Notes: a model not told the origin generated them from the letters alone. A stretch of 32,516 bases of DNA from an uncultured Candidatus Saccharibacteria bacterium (GCA_964502205.1 CAZCTX010000001.1:9974-42489); one strand, 5' to 3'. Shown: positions 18,087 to 28,313, counted from the first letter of the stretch. Numbers and translations: made by a program.

Positions 18087-19778
18087 ATGAATATATTAAA
18101 GAAAATCAATCGCTTGTGAAATAAATTTTCTGTAAAAGAGAAGGTTTTGAGTTTTGGATTTGCGATCTTAGTTGTTTTTAGTTTAGTTAAAATAGCTCAA
18201 TCTCTTGTTAATAAAATTACCGTATTAAAGCCAGCAATTGGCGGTACTTTAAATTATGGTACATGAGAGGCGCCGAAAACAATTAATCCAGTTATTAGCC
18301 AGAATAATGACATTGAACAAGAGCTTATTAATATGATTTATAGCGGTTTAATTGAAGAAGACGGGAAGGGTGGTTTTGAAAATAATTTGGCTGAAGAGAT
18401 TATTATTAATCCTCAAAGAACTGTATATGAAATATATATAAGAGATGATGTTTATTTTCATGATGGCAAGAAATTAACAGCCGATGATGTTATTTTTACA
18501 GTTTCAGCGATGAAGAATCCGGAATATAAAAGTCCATTATTGAGCTTATTCAAAGATGTTAAAATTGAAAAATTAGGAGAATTAATGGTAAAAATTACTG
18601 TGCCTGTAAACCAAACAAACTTCTATAACTATTTAGGATTTAAAATAATGCCAAAACATTTGTGAGAAAATGTTGATGTTGATTTTTTTGCAGTTCACGA
18701 ATTAAATAACAAGCCAGTTGGATCAGGACCATATGTTATTTCAAAAGTTCAAAAAAACAGGAATGGAAAAATTGTTAATTTGAGTTTAAAAAGAAATAAA
18801 AAATATTTTAAAGAAGTTTTTATTGAGAAAATAAATGTTCAGATTTTTGATAGTATTGAGAGCACTTTTGTTGCCTTTGTAAAAGGAAACATTGATATAA
18901 TAAAAGAGTTAACTCCTTATCAAAAAGATTTAGTTCGCAATAAAAGCCGAATTAAAATTAATCATACTGTTTTACCAAGATATTATGCTATATTCTTAAA
19001 TCAAAAGAATTCGTTATTATCAAATCCAAAAATTAATGAGGCTTTGGATATGGCAATTGATAAGCAAAAGATCGTTGATATGATTTTCTTTAAAGATGCT
19101 GAGTTATTAAATGCTCCAATTTCAAGCAAATTCATTGGATATCATGAGGATTTAAATGCTAATATTTTTAATTTAGAAAAGGCAAAAGCAAAGTTAAAAG
19201 CATTAGGCTTTGAAGACAGGGACGGAAATGGTGTTATGGAAAAATGAAGTGGAAAAAATAAAACAGATTTAGAATTCTCTTTACTGTTGCCTTCGAACAA
19301 TGAGCTTATTCATTTAGCTGATATGGTTAAAAAGGATTGAGAAAGTTTAGGGGTTAAGATTCATTTGCAAATAGTACCACTACATGAATTGTATAAAGAT
19401 TATCTAAAAACTCGAAACTACGATGCTTTAATTTTTGGAGAAACATATACTATTACTCCTGATTTGTACTATTTCTGGCATTCAAGTCAGACAAGTGGAT
19501 TAGGACTCAATCTTTCTGTTTACAAAAATCAAGGTGTAGATTCAATACTAGAAATCAATCATACAACAACAGATAGAAAGCAAATTGAAAAAAACTTATT
19601 AGAATTTCAAGAATTGTTAAACAAAGATCGACCAGCAATATTCTTAAATAACCCTCATTATATTAATGCTCATAACAAAAGAATTAAGATAGAAGACTAT
19701 CAAATATATAATTCTTTTTCATCGTCATTTACAAATGTAGATAAATGATACATTGAGCAAAAAAGAACTATTAAATAG
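18087..19778 (+). CDS. ABC-transporter family-5 (peptide/nickel type) substrate-binding protein, TM-anchored
   Basis: Four ORF fragments in one frame are joined by TGAs at 18117, 18264, 18663, 19245, 19338 and 19746. Motifs IMPKHL[TGA]E, NNKPVGSGPY, VKKD[TGA]ESLGVKI. TAG stop at 19776-19778. Confidence 0.85.
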
Positions 19779-19784
19779 CTTAAT

Positions 19785-19817
19785 AGATATACAATTTATA
19801 CACTTGGTTGTATATCT
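19785..19817 (+). other. 10-bp inverted repeat / hairpin
   Basis: AGATATACAA, 13-nt loop, TTGTATATCT, just after the SBP stop. There is no clear T-run, so terminator function is uncertain. Confidence 0.3.
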
Positions 19818-19827
19818 AACTCTTTAA

Positions 19828-19856
19828 TTGAAAGGGTCAAAGATTTTAATTAAAAC
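19828..19856 (+). promoter_or_regulatory. weak promoter candidate: TTGAAA, 17 nt, TAAAAC
   Basis: TTGAAA at 19828-19833, TAAAAC at 19851-19856, 14 nt before tRNA-Leu. Confidence 0.35.
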
Positions 19857-19870
19857 AATTAATCGCTAAT

Positions 19871-19952
19871 GCCGAGGTGGTGAAATTGGTAAACACGCAG
19901 TGTTCAGAACGCTGTGCTTTACGGCTTGCGAGTTCAAATCTCGCTCTCGGCA
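19871..19952 (+). tRNA. tRNA-Leu (CAG), type II
   Basis: Acceptor GCCGAGG/TCTCGGC. Anticodon stem CAGTG/CGCTG with loop TTCAGAA. Long variable arm. T arm GCGAG-TTCAAAT-CTCGC. Confidence 0.85.
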
Positions 19953-19981
19953 CAAATTAATATATATATAAATAAAATATC

Positions 19982-21793
19982 ATGAATGAAGAGAAAGTAG
20001 ATGCGGCCAAAGCGCCGGTTAGGAAAATTGTACCAAGACGTTACAGCAATCAGCACCCTGCAGGGAAAAGACCTATGTCTATAAACAAGGCGAAAGAAAG
20101 AATAAGTGGAGATAATAATCCAGTTAAGATTATGGCCTTAGGTGGCTTGGGTGAGTTTGGTAGAAATATGTTCGTTATGGAATATAAAAACGAATGTATA
20201 ATCGTTGATATGGGGCTACGTTTTCCAGAAGAAAATATGCCTGGAGTAGACCTTATTATTCCAAGTATTGAATATTTCAATAACAACAAGAATTTAAAAA
20301 TTCTTGGGGTGTTTATATCACATGCTCATTACGACCATTTAGGAGCTGTTCCTTATTTAATTTCAAAATTAAATTATCCACCAATTTATACAACGCCTTT
20401 AACAAAGGAAATAATCAACAAAAGACAAGAAGAGTTCACTGGCATGAAGAAGTTGGACATTCGATTGGTTGATTCGGAGAAAAACAATAGAATTGAATTT
20501 AGTAATTTTATTATTAATGTTTTTCATGTAAATCATAATGTGCCTGATTCAGTTGGGTTTTTAATTGAAACAAAACAAGGAAATATTATGTATACTGGAG
20601 ATTACAAGATCGATTTTAATCCAATATTTGATAAGCCCGCTGACTTAACTAGAATAGTTAAATTATCGTCAATGGGAGTCGATTTACTGATGCCAGATAG
20701 CACTGGTATAGAGCAAGAAGGGCATTCCATTTCGGAGCAAGAAATATTTCAAAATCTTGAAATTATCTTTATGCGTGCTAAGGGTAGAATAATATTAGCA
20801 ACTTTTGCATCTTTAATTAGCAGATTGCAACAGGCAATTGTTTTAGCTGAAAAGTTTAATAAGAAAATAGTTATCAATGGGTACTCAATGAAAACTAACC
20901 TAGCAATTGCTAAAAAGCTTGGATATGTTAAGACAGAGTTAAAGACGGTCATTGATGTTAAAGACATGCATAGGTATAAGCCCGAAGAATTGGTAATTTT
21001 AACGACCGGTGCTCAAGGAGAAGACAATGCTGGATTAATGAAAATAATTAATAAGGAGAATAAGAATATTAGAATACAACCGGGGGATACAATGATATTT
21101 TCTTCATCAGTTATTCCGGGAAATGAAATGGCAGTACAATGCTTAAAAGATAGTTTAACTCGTCAAGGAGCTAATATATATCATTACAAGATGTTAGACA
21201 TTCATGCTTCCGGTCATGCTCATAAGGAAGATATTAAGATGATACTTAATCTTATTAAGCCAAAACATATAATGCCAGTCCATGGATTCTACTACATGCA
21301 GAAACTGCTTAATGATCTTGCTCAGGATGTACTAAAGCTTAAAAAAGAAGATTGTATTTTAGCTGGAAATGGCCAGGTAGTCGAGATGGTAAGAGGAAAA
21401 GTGGTAATTACACCCAAGTTCGTGCCAGCTAACTATGTTATGGTAGACGGGTTGGGAGTAGGAGATGTTGGCGAGATTGTTTTACGTGATCGCCAAGCGT
21501 TGTCCCAAGACGGCATGTTTATTATCAATTTGATAATCGATCGTAAGCATAAAGATATTAAGGTTTTAGAAATTATATCAAGAGGCTTTATCTTTATGAA
21601 GGATTCTAATGAATTGGTAAGAAATACAAAAGAAAAAGTTAATCAAATTGTTCAAAAGATTATTCAAAAATCTTCGACCGATGATGTAAATGAGTCGTAT
21701 ATTAGAAATATATTAAGGGATGAAATCGGTTTGTTCTTGTTCCAAAAAACGGAGAGAAGGCCAATGATAATTCCAATTGTACTTGAGATATAG
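19982..21793 (+). CDS. rnj: ribonuclease J
   Basis: 603 aa. Metallo-beta-lactamase motif SHAHYDHLG, beta-CASP region, HASGHA. About 45-aa basic N-terminal extension. TAG stop, no TGA. Confidence 0.9.
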   Translation: MNEEKVDAAKAPVRKIVPRRYSNQHPAGKRPMSINKAKERISGDNNPVKIMALGGLGEFGRNMFVMEYKNECIIVDMGLRFPEENMPGVDLIIPSIEYFNNNKNLKILGVFISHAHYDHLGAVPYLISKLNYPPIYTTPLTKEIINKRQEEFTGMKKLDIRLVDSEKNNRIEFSNFIINVFHVNHNVPDSVGFLIETKQGNIMYTGDYKIDFNPIFDKPADLTRIVKLSSMGVDLLMPDSTGIEQEGHSISEQEIFQNLEIIFMRAKGRIILATFASLISRLQQAIVLAEKFNKKIVINGYSMKTNLAIAKKLGYVKTELKTVIDVKDMHRYKPEELVILTTGAQGEDNAGLMKIINKENKNIRIQPGDTMIFSSSVIPGNEMAVQCLKDSLTRQGANIYHYKMLDIHASGHAHKEDIKMILNLIKPKHIMPVHGFYYMQKLLNDLAQDVLKLKKEDCILAGNGQVVEMVRGKVVITPKFVPANYVMVDGLGVGDVGEIVLRDRQALSQDGMFIINLIIDRKHKDIKVLEIISRGFIFMKDSNELVRNTKEKVNQIVQKIIQKSSTDDVNESYIRNILRDEIGLFLFQKTERRPMIIPIVLEI

Positions 21794-21795
21794 TA

Positions 21796-21820
21796 AAGGC
21801 CAGCCGTTAGGCTGGCTTTT
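21796..21820. terminator. bidirectional intrinsic terminator
   Basis: GCCAGCC-gtta-GGCTGGC followed by T4, between rnj (+) and tRNA-Arg (-). Confidence 0.75.
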
Positions 21821-21825
21821 AATTG

Positions 21826-21898
21826 TCTCCCTGGGAGGAATCGAACCTCCATCAATAGCTTAGAAGGCTACTACTCTATCCATTGAGCTACAGGGAGC
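21826..21898 (-). tRNA. tRNA-Arg (UCU)
   Basis: The reverse complement gives acceptor GCTCCCT/AGGGAG(a). Anticodon stem GTAGC/GCTAT with loop CTTCTAA. T loop TTCGATT. Confidence 0.88.
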
Positions 21899-21907
21899 TT
21901 TGTATTT

Positions 21908-21936
21908 ATATTATCATATTTAGTATTTGAAATCAA
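21908..21936 (-). promoter_or_regulatory. promoter candidate: TTGATT, 17 nt, TAATAT (minus strand, for tRNA-Arg)
   Basis: The reverse complement reads TTGATT-tcaaatactaaatatga-TAATAT, 9 nt before the tRNA 5' end. Confidence 0.55.
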
Positions 21937-21955
21937 GGAGTTTTTTTGGTATACT
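21927..21955 (+). promoter_or_regulatory. promoter candidate: TTGAAA, 17 nt, TATACT
   Basis: TTGAAA at 21927-21932, TATACT at 21950-21955. The -35 box overlaps the -35 box of the divergent tRNA-Arg promoter. Confidence 0.5.
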
Positions 21956-21981
21956 ATATATGTAAAAATAAAATAAAAACT

Positions 21982-22599
21982 ATGAAGAAAAAATGGATAT
22001 TTTTAACTATTATTATCGTGTTCGTTGTTGCGATTTTTATTATTATGTCAATAAAAAACAATCGAGTTAATGGGCAGATTACAAATATTGATGCTGAAAA
22101 TCGAATTGTTATTATTCAGGACCAAGACCAAGAAATCGCTTTGAAATTAAATAACAAAACAAAAATGTTTGATATTAGAAACCATCCGTGCTTATTCAGT
22201 GATTTTAATATTGGTTTTGATGTTACTGCAAAAATGAAAGAAGAAAATGGTAATTTAAATGTTGACTGAATAAGAATTAAAAAATCTCCAAATATTGTAA
22301 TTTTGGTGCCAGAAGATAAAGCAATTGTACGCAATATGATAAAAGTAGAAGGGGTGGCAAGGGTTTTTGAAAATACATTACAAATTGAAATTAAAGATAA
22401 AAAAGATAAGAAAGTCATTTATTCAAAAACCGTAATGGCTAATCCAATTGATATTGGTTTGTTCGGTCCGTTTGAAGCAATAATTGATTTGAGCAAATAT
22501 GCTGATTTGAAGAATATTGAATTAAGCGCTTTTCAATATTCTGCCAAAGACGGAAGCGTAATAGATAAAACAACTATTAATTTAGATGTTATTAAATAA
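21982..22599 (+). CDS. membrane-anchored protein with C-terminal Gmad2-like Ig-fold domain
   Basis: ATG at 21982 (MKKKWIFLTIIIVFVVAIFIIMS) is in frame with ORF 22303-22599 through TGA 22267-22269. VEGVARVFENTLQIEIKD...GLFGPFEAIIDL resembles the Gmad2 pattern as I remember it. Confidence 0.6.
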
Positions 22600-22604
22600 T
22601 AAAA

Positions 22605-23570
22605 ATGAAATTAAATAGAGGATTTGTCGAAAATATATTTATAGTATTTATGCTATCTTTGATAATGGCTTTTTCGGCATTTCTTTCCAAACAAGTTAAG
22701 GAGGTGGAGATATTTAAATTAAAGACTGTTAATAATGCTGTGCGTAATGCCAAGGATAAGAATGTATTAGTTTTGGGTATTGCTGGGTTTGATAGCAATG
22801 GGCCACTTTTGACAGATGTTATGATGGTTGCCAATGTAAATTTGGAAAAGGGGTCAGTAAAAGCGATATCAATACCAAGAGATTTGTTGGTGAGTATCAG
22901 GGGAAGTAAAAGTTTTACTAAAATTAATAATTTATTAACAGTTGATAATCCTAATTTGAAAATTAAGAATACGGAGTTAATTCGTGAAAAGGTTGAACAA
23001 ATTACTAATTTAAAAATTGATAATATTGTAATTGTTGATCTAGATGGTTTTAGATATTTTATTGATGCAATCGGAGGGGTTAATGTATATCTGGAAAAGA
23101 CATTGTATGACCCTTTGCTAGCTAATCCTGATAATCCGAACGAGAGGTTTCATTTAGAGGCCGGCTGGAATTATTTGGACGGGAAAAAAGCAGCAAAGTT
23201 TGTAAGATCAAGATATGCGGCGACTGGTGATTTTTCGAGAATAAGCCATCAGCATGATTTATTAATGGCTGTATTTCAAAAATTAAAGAAGCTAAATGCT
23301 TTTACAAATCCGGTAATGCTGTATAAGATTTACAGTAGTTGAGGCGGATATCTATATACCGACTTTAATGTGAACGATGGTTTTAAGTTCTTACCTTTAG
23401 CTAAAAATTTGGATGGTAAAAATATTAAATTTTCTACTATAAGCTATTCTAAGCCAGAGCAATTGCTTGTTTCAACTTCGTCGGATGTTTATGGATACTT
23501 TTTAATGCCAAAAATTGGGTTAGAAGATTATTCAGAAATTCATAATTATATATATAATTTTATTTATTAA
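22605..23570 (+). CDS. LytR-CpsA-Psr (LCP) family protein
   Basis: ORFs 22605-23342 and 23370-23570 are in one frame, joined by TGA 23340-23342. N-terminal TM helix. Motifs TDVMMVANVN, ISIPRDL, DAIGGVNVYL, LDGKKAAKFVRSR...GDFSRISHQH. Confidence 0.88.
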
Positions 23571-23571
23571 T

Positions 23572-24162
23572 ATGGATAATACTAATTTGAAAAAAATTAT
23601 TGTTGGATTAAATAATCCAGGCAAAGCATATGAGCAAACACCACATAATATTGGGCGTACTTTTCTAGAATGATTAGTAGAAAAATTAATTGAAGACCAA
23701 AAAATTGATAAGACATGTAAATGAAAAAATGATAAAAAAATATTAGCTAAGGTTTTGGAAGCTAAGATCGGACATAAAGATGTTATCTTTGTTTTGCCTT
23801 TAACTTTCATGAATGAATCGGGGAATTCAGTGTCAAAGGCCATAAGCTACTATAAAATTGATACGAAGGGTCTTATGGTAGTTCATGATGAGTCAGATAT
23901 GCTAATTGGCAAATCAAAGTTGGGCTTTAGCCATTCAGCAGCAGGGCATAGAGGGGTAAACTCAATAATACAAAATCTTAAAACTCAGTCTTTTTTTAGG
24001 TTCAGGATTGGCATAAGGCCAACTGATATTTTAGAATCAAAATATAAATTTAAGGCTGGAGACTATGTGGTTAAGAAAATGACGAAGGAAAATCAAAAGA
24101 TATTGCTGAATAGTTTTGAGAAATTCTACATCGATATGATGAGGTGAATTATTAATAGCTAG
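23572..24162 (+). CDS. pth: peptidyl-tRNA hydrolase
   Basis: ATG at 23572 (IVGLNNPGKAYEQTPHNIG) joins ORF 23755-24147 through TGAs at 23671 and 23722. Motifs FMNESG, VVHDESD, GHRGVNS. The ORF-track stop at 24145-24147 is a TGA; the real stop is TAG 24160-24162. Confidence 0.9.
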
Positions 24163-24169
24163 GTTAGTC

Positions 24170-24198
24170 TTGAAATTTGGTTGATTATATGGTAAGAT
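24170..24198 (+). promoter_or_regulatory. promoter candidate: TTGAAA, 17 nt, TAAGAT
   Basis: TTGAAA at 24170-24175, TAAGAT at 24193-24198, upstream of the orphan gene. AGGAGG lies at 24224-24229, 8 nt before the ATG. Confidence 0.5.
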
Positions 24199-24237
24199 AT
24201 AGCCAGTTCTTAAATTTTTTTTCAGGAGGAAAAAGTT

Positions 24238-24570
24238 ATGAAAAGATTTGTTAAAAGAGGCCACGCGACAGTTGACATCTACAGAGGTAAAATTGTAACA
24301 ATCGACGATGTATGCTTCGTCCTCAACATGGACGGAATAGACATCTCGAGACAGGAGGTAGAATGTCTTATAACTGGCAAAGCACTATCTCTACCCTCAA
24401 GCAATTTTATAATAAAAGATGGGCGGATATCCGGCTGTCTATCGGGAGTTGGAAAAATAGACGAAGACCTAAAATCTTCATTTTTAGATCATTCTTTAAT
24501 ACTGGGTCCAGACGTAATACCGCTCTCAAAACACCAAAGTGAATTTATAAAAACTGCGCTTCTTTTTTAA
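24238..24570 (+). CDS. orphan hypothetical protein (110 aa), compositionally atypical
   Basis: It has its own promoter, the only clear AGGAGG ribosome-binding site in the window, a TAA stop and a strong terminator. It has no TGA and no TGG, and many C-ending codons (GAC, ATC, CTC, TTC). No family recognised. Confidence 0.55.
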   Translation: MKRFVKRGHATVDIYRGKIVTIDDVCFVLNMDGIDISRQEVECLITGKALSLPSSNFIIKDGRISGCLSGVGKIDEDLKSSFLDHSLILGPDVIPLSKHQSEFIKTALLF

Positions 24571-24589
24571 CAGAGTCGGGCAAACAACA

Positions 24590-24627
24590 AAACGGCTGGT
24601 GGAAATTTCCACCAGCCTAAAATTTTT
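24590..24627. terminator. bidirectional intrinsic terminator (24-nt perfect palindrome)
   Basis: GGCTGGTGGAAA/TTTCCACCAGCC, then T5. It sits between the orphan gene (+) and tRNA-Pro (-). Confidence 0.8.
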
Positions 24628-24628
24628 G

Positions 24629-24699
24629 TCGGGGTGCCCAGAATCGAACTGGGACCACATGCTCCCAAAGCATATATACTACCACTATACTACACCCCG
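24629..24699 (-). tRNA. tRNA-Pro (UGG)
   Basis: The reverse complement gives acceptor CGGGGTG/CACCCCG. Anticodon stem TATGC/GCATG with loop TTTGGGA. T arm CCCAG-TTCGATT-CTGGG. Confidence 0.85.
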
Positions 24700-24716
24700 T
24701 GTTTATTTGTAATGTA

Positions 24717-24745
24717 ATATTAACAAATTTTAAGTTAAAAATCAA
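24717..24745 (-). promoter_or_regulatory. promoter candidate: TTGATT, 17 nt, TAATAT (minus strand, for tRNA-Pro)
   Basis: The reverse complement reads TTGATT-tttaacttaaaatttgt-TAATAT, 17 nt before the tRNA 5' end. Confidence 0.5.
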
Positions 24746-24776
24746 TAGTAAAAATAATTTCTCGAAATCAATGAAA

Positions 24777-24805
24777 TTGCATTTGTTTGTAAAAATATTT
24801 AAAAT
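24777..24805 (+). promoter_or_regulatory. promoter candidate: TTGCAT, 17 nt, TAAAAT
   Basis: TTGCAT at 24777-24782, TAAAAT at 24800-24805, upstream of the flippase gene. Confidence 0.5.
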
Positions 24806-24839
24806 ATGTTATCATTTGTTTATAGAATAAAATTAAATT

Positions 24840-26138
24840 ATGAAAAAACTTTGGACTAACATTAGCGCGGTTATGATAAGTAAGATAATTAGAATTGTTC
24901 TAATGCTAATTTCCGCAATACTAGTGAGTCGCTATTTCGGACCCGCAGGGAAGGGTATTTTTGCTTTAATAGCAACTCTTCCTATTTTAATAGTAAATTT
25001 GGGAAATTTAGGTATTACTAATGCTAATATTTTTTTAGTCTCTAAGGAAAAACAAGACGAGAGGAATATATTTTATAATTCTTTTTGGTTAGGATTAGCG
25101 TTGAGTGTGTTTTTTGTAATTATATTTATTTTAATTCTAAACACAAATTCAAAAATTTTCTTTGGTACGCTGGAAAGATCTTATATCTTAATGATTGTCG
25201 CTATTACCCCCTTCGTATTAATGGAATCTTTCTTTCAAGGGATACTAACCGGTAAAAAAGATTTTAAAACATTTAATGTTGGCCAAATAATATCTTATTC
25301 GCTTATTGTGGCGGGAGTGATTATAGGTAAAATATTTTTCGATTTGAACATTTATTACGTTGGAATTTTAACATCACTATCGTTAATAGCCCCATGTATT
25401 ATATATTTTTTTGTTCTGTTAAAACAATTTGGTCTCAAATGACATTTTGACCTATGTTTATTAAAACAAGAGTTTGTTTTTGGTTTTAGAGCCTATCTGG
25501 CTTCTGTTATGACATACCTAATATTACGTAGTGATATTTATTTGGTTAATTATTTCTTGGAAGTGAAAGATGTAGGTCTATATTCGGTAGCAGTAAATTT
25601 TTCAGATACTCTATTGCTTATCGCTAACGCTGTCGCCGTAGTTTTGTTCCCGCAAATAATTGGCAATCTTGACATCGGATTAAGAACTATGCTGAAAGCA
25701 GCAAGACTAGTCTCTTTATCTACATTTTTAGCTGCGATTGTTTCTTATGTTTTTGCTAGACCAGTAATAAACACTTTATTTGGGGTAAAGTTTTATGAAT
25801 CATTGCCATCACTCTATATTTTAATCCCGGCCTCTTTCTTTTGAGCACTTACAATAATTATGTCTTTGTATTTGGCGTCTAAAGGGTTTCCTTGGATTAC
25901 CGTCTGAATATGATTGCCAGGGTTGATGTTGAACATATTAATAAATATAATATTTATCCCAAGATTTGGCTTAATTGTTGCGCCCAGTGCCTCATTGATA
26001 TCCTACTTGTTAACATTTTGTTTGCATTTTTATTATATTTCAAAATATGATAAAATAAAAATAAGGGAAGTTATGGTTCCCTACAAACAGGAACTAACCG
26101 ATGCCTTTTGCTATATAATAAAAATAATAAAAAATTAA
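24840..26138 (+). CDS. Wzx-like oligosaccharide flippase (MOP superfamily)
   Basis: ORFs 24840-25442, 25509-25844 and 25914-26138 are in one frame, joined by TGAs at 25440, 25842, 25905 and 25911. About 12 TM helices. Typical N-terminus ...ISKIIRIVLMLISAILVSRYFGPAGKG. Confidence 0.8.
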
Positions 26139-26141
26139 AAG

Positions 26142-27107
26142 ATGGATAGCAATGAATATTTAGATATTTTAAAATTAGTATCTAGGTACGAAGATAGTTT
26201 TTGATTTAAAAATAAAATAAACCCATCTTTGGGCTGAAAATTTTTAGTAGTAAAAATTTTGATAGCTAATGGCAAAAATATGCTCTTTGGCATGCTTTTT
26301 ATTATTTTAAAATTTTTAAAGCTAAAAAATCGTGCGCTGACTAATTATTACACGAAAACTGTTTTAAATTACTTTTTCAATACAAAAAAAGACGATCTGG
26401 TTCTTTTATTTGGAAGGCCTTTTTATTATAAACCTGGCGGAGAAATGGAGCCTCACGAAAAGTTCGCCTCCTTTATGTCTTTGATAATTTTAATGTCTGA
26501 GGTGGTAATAAGAGACCAATATTGTATTAAAGAATTTATAAAAGATGATTTTACTATTATTGACGCTGGCTCACAGATAGGAGAATTTTCTTTATATGCT
26601 AACAATCTTAGTCCCAATAGCAACATATATAGCTTTGAGCCATCTAAATATGTATTTGAAATTTTATGAAAAAATACAGAGAATGTTAAAAAAATTAAAA
26701 TTTTTAATTGCGCCTTGGGAGAAGAGAACAAAAAAATTAAACTACTGGTAGGAAATAGAAACCCTATGTATGGTGGGGATGCAATAGAAAATAGTGGTAT
26801 GGCGAAAAATAAAATAAATAAATTTTTAAATTCTGAGGAAGTGCAAATGGTAACTATAGATAGTTTTGTAGAAGAGCATAAAATTGAAAAGGTTGATTTC
26901 ATTAAAATGGATACTGAGGGGTATGAAAGAAATATAATAATGGGGGCAGCGAAAACTATTAGGCGTTTTTCCCCTGTAATTGTATGCTCGGCTTATCATC
27001 TCAAAGACGATAAAATTAAAATACCAGAATTAATTAAATCGATTAACCCTGAGTACAAATACAGAATTGAGAAGAGGGGAGAAGAAGATTTAGTTTTCTG
27101 AAAATAA
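26142..27107 (+). CDS. FkbM-family methyltransferase with ~110-aa N-terminal extension
   Basis: ATG at 26142. TGAs at 26202, 26235, 26667 and 27099 join the fragments. Motifs IIDAGSQIGEFSLYA...IYSFEPS and VDFIKMDTEGYE. The real stop is TAA 27105-27107. Confidence 0.75.
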
Positions 27108-27117
27108 AATAGCAATA

Positions 27118-28251
27118 ATGAACATTTTGTTTTTATCTCACACTTTTGATAACGGTGGAGTAGAAAAAAATATTTCTCAGCTGGTTTTATCTTTTAAAAA
27201 AAGAGCCTCTGTGCCGATAAATGTTAAAGTAGTGTCTTTGTTGGGCAAAGGACCTCTTTACGATGCTGAATTTTGCAAATGCTTAATGCCACTTAACCTT
27301 AATGTTCAAAAAATACGTAAGTTTAAATTCTTTTCTTATATCTTGATTTTACTTTTTTTACCGGTTTTAATATTCAGATTGAAAAAAGAAGTAAAAAATT
27401 TTTCTCCTCAGGTTGTTTGTAGCAATATGTGGCTATCAGACATATTGGCCTCGCTACTTAAGCATAATGAAGAGTTTAAATTAGTATCTATACAACACGA
27501 TATTATTAAAATAAATTTCCTGTTAACTTATTTTAAAACTATTGCCCTAAAGCGTATGAACAATGTCGTTGCAGTATCTTGTACAGTTAAAAAATTTCTA
27601 GTAGATTACTTTAAAGTTCCGGAAAATAAAATTAAACTTATTTATAATGGCATAGATTATAAAAAGTTTGAATCTTGTAAAAAAGAAAATCTTAATGCTC
27701 CTCTGGTTTTAGGGACAATTGCTAGATTGGACAAGATTAAAGGCCATATTCTTGTGCTTGAAGCATTAAAATTATTAAGCAGTCAGGGGGTTGCATTACC
27801 TCAATATATTATTGTCGGCGACGGCCCTGAGAAAAACATATTACATACGTTCGTTTCCCAAAATAATTTAAAGAACGTTTTATTTGTCGGCAATGTGGTT
27901 GACATATCTGTTTGACTAAAACAAATCGATATTTTTGTTTTGCCTTCGAAATCAGAAGGAATGGGTATCGCAATAATCGAAGCGATGTTAGCGAAAAAAC
28001 TTATCATAGCCTCAGATATGCCTACAATTAAGGAATTGATTATTAACAAAGAAACCGGCTTGTTAATAAATCCCGTTGATTCATTAAAATTAGCAGAAAC
28101 TATTCTGTGAACTTTGAGTCACCGAGACGAAATAAATATAATCAAAAATAACTCGTATGAATGAATAAAATCTAATGAAAAAATTTTTGAATCCTATAAC
28201 TCGACTTCTAAATATTTAGATGTTTTTGGTATTCCATACGAGCAAATCTAA
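27118..28251 (+). CDS. family-4 (GT-B) glycosyltransferase
   Basis: ORF 27118-27915 continues through TGAs at 27913, 28108 and 28162 to TAA 28249-28251. C-terminal motif IFVLPSKSEGMGIAIIEAM. Confidence 0.85.
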
Positions 28252-28313
28252 AGATACGATTAATCGATGTTGTTTTTTGCATAATTTTAAAAAATAACAA
28301 AATCCTGCTTAGA

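Noticed and set aside
19871-19952. This tRNA could be the UGA decoder, because the loop region contains TTCA.
   Set aside because: The only register with a 5-bp anticodon stem (CAGTG/CGCTG) and T at position 33 gives loop TTCAGAA and anticodon CAG. The long variable arm and the A discriminator fit tRNA-Leu.
24312-24542. A 76-aa ORF overlaps the orphan gene in another frame.
   Set aside because: It has no ribosome-binding site or promoter of its own and lies entirely inside the better-supported 24238-24570 frame. It is probably a by-product of the locally higher GC.
24160-24630. This region could encode RNase P RNA, tmRNA or SRP RNA, given its raised GC and two open frames.
   Set aside because: By eye on either strand I find no GAGGAAAGUCC / ACAGAAnnCGGCUUA P4 pair, no tRNA-like GGGG...UUCGA...CCACCA ends, and no GGAA-tetraloop SRP domain IV motif. 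The promoter, AGGAGG, ATG, TAA and terminator layout fits a protein gene. The region is kept as a finding because an Rfam scan is still needed.
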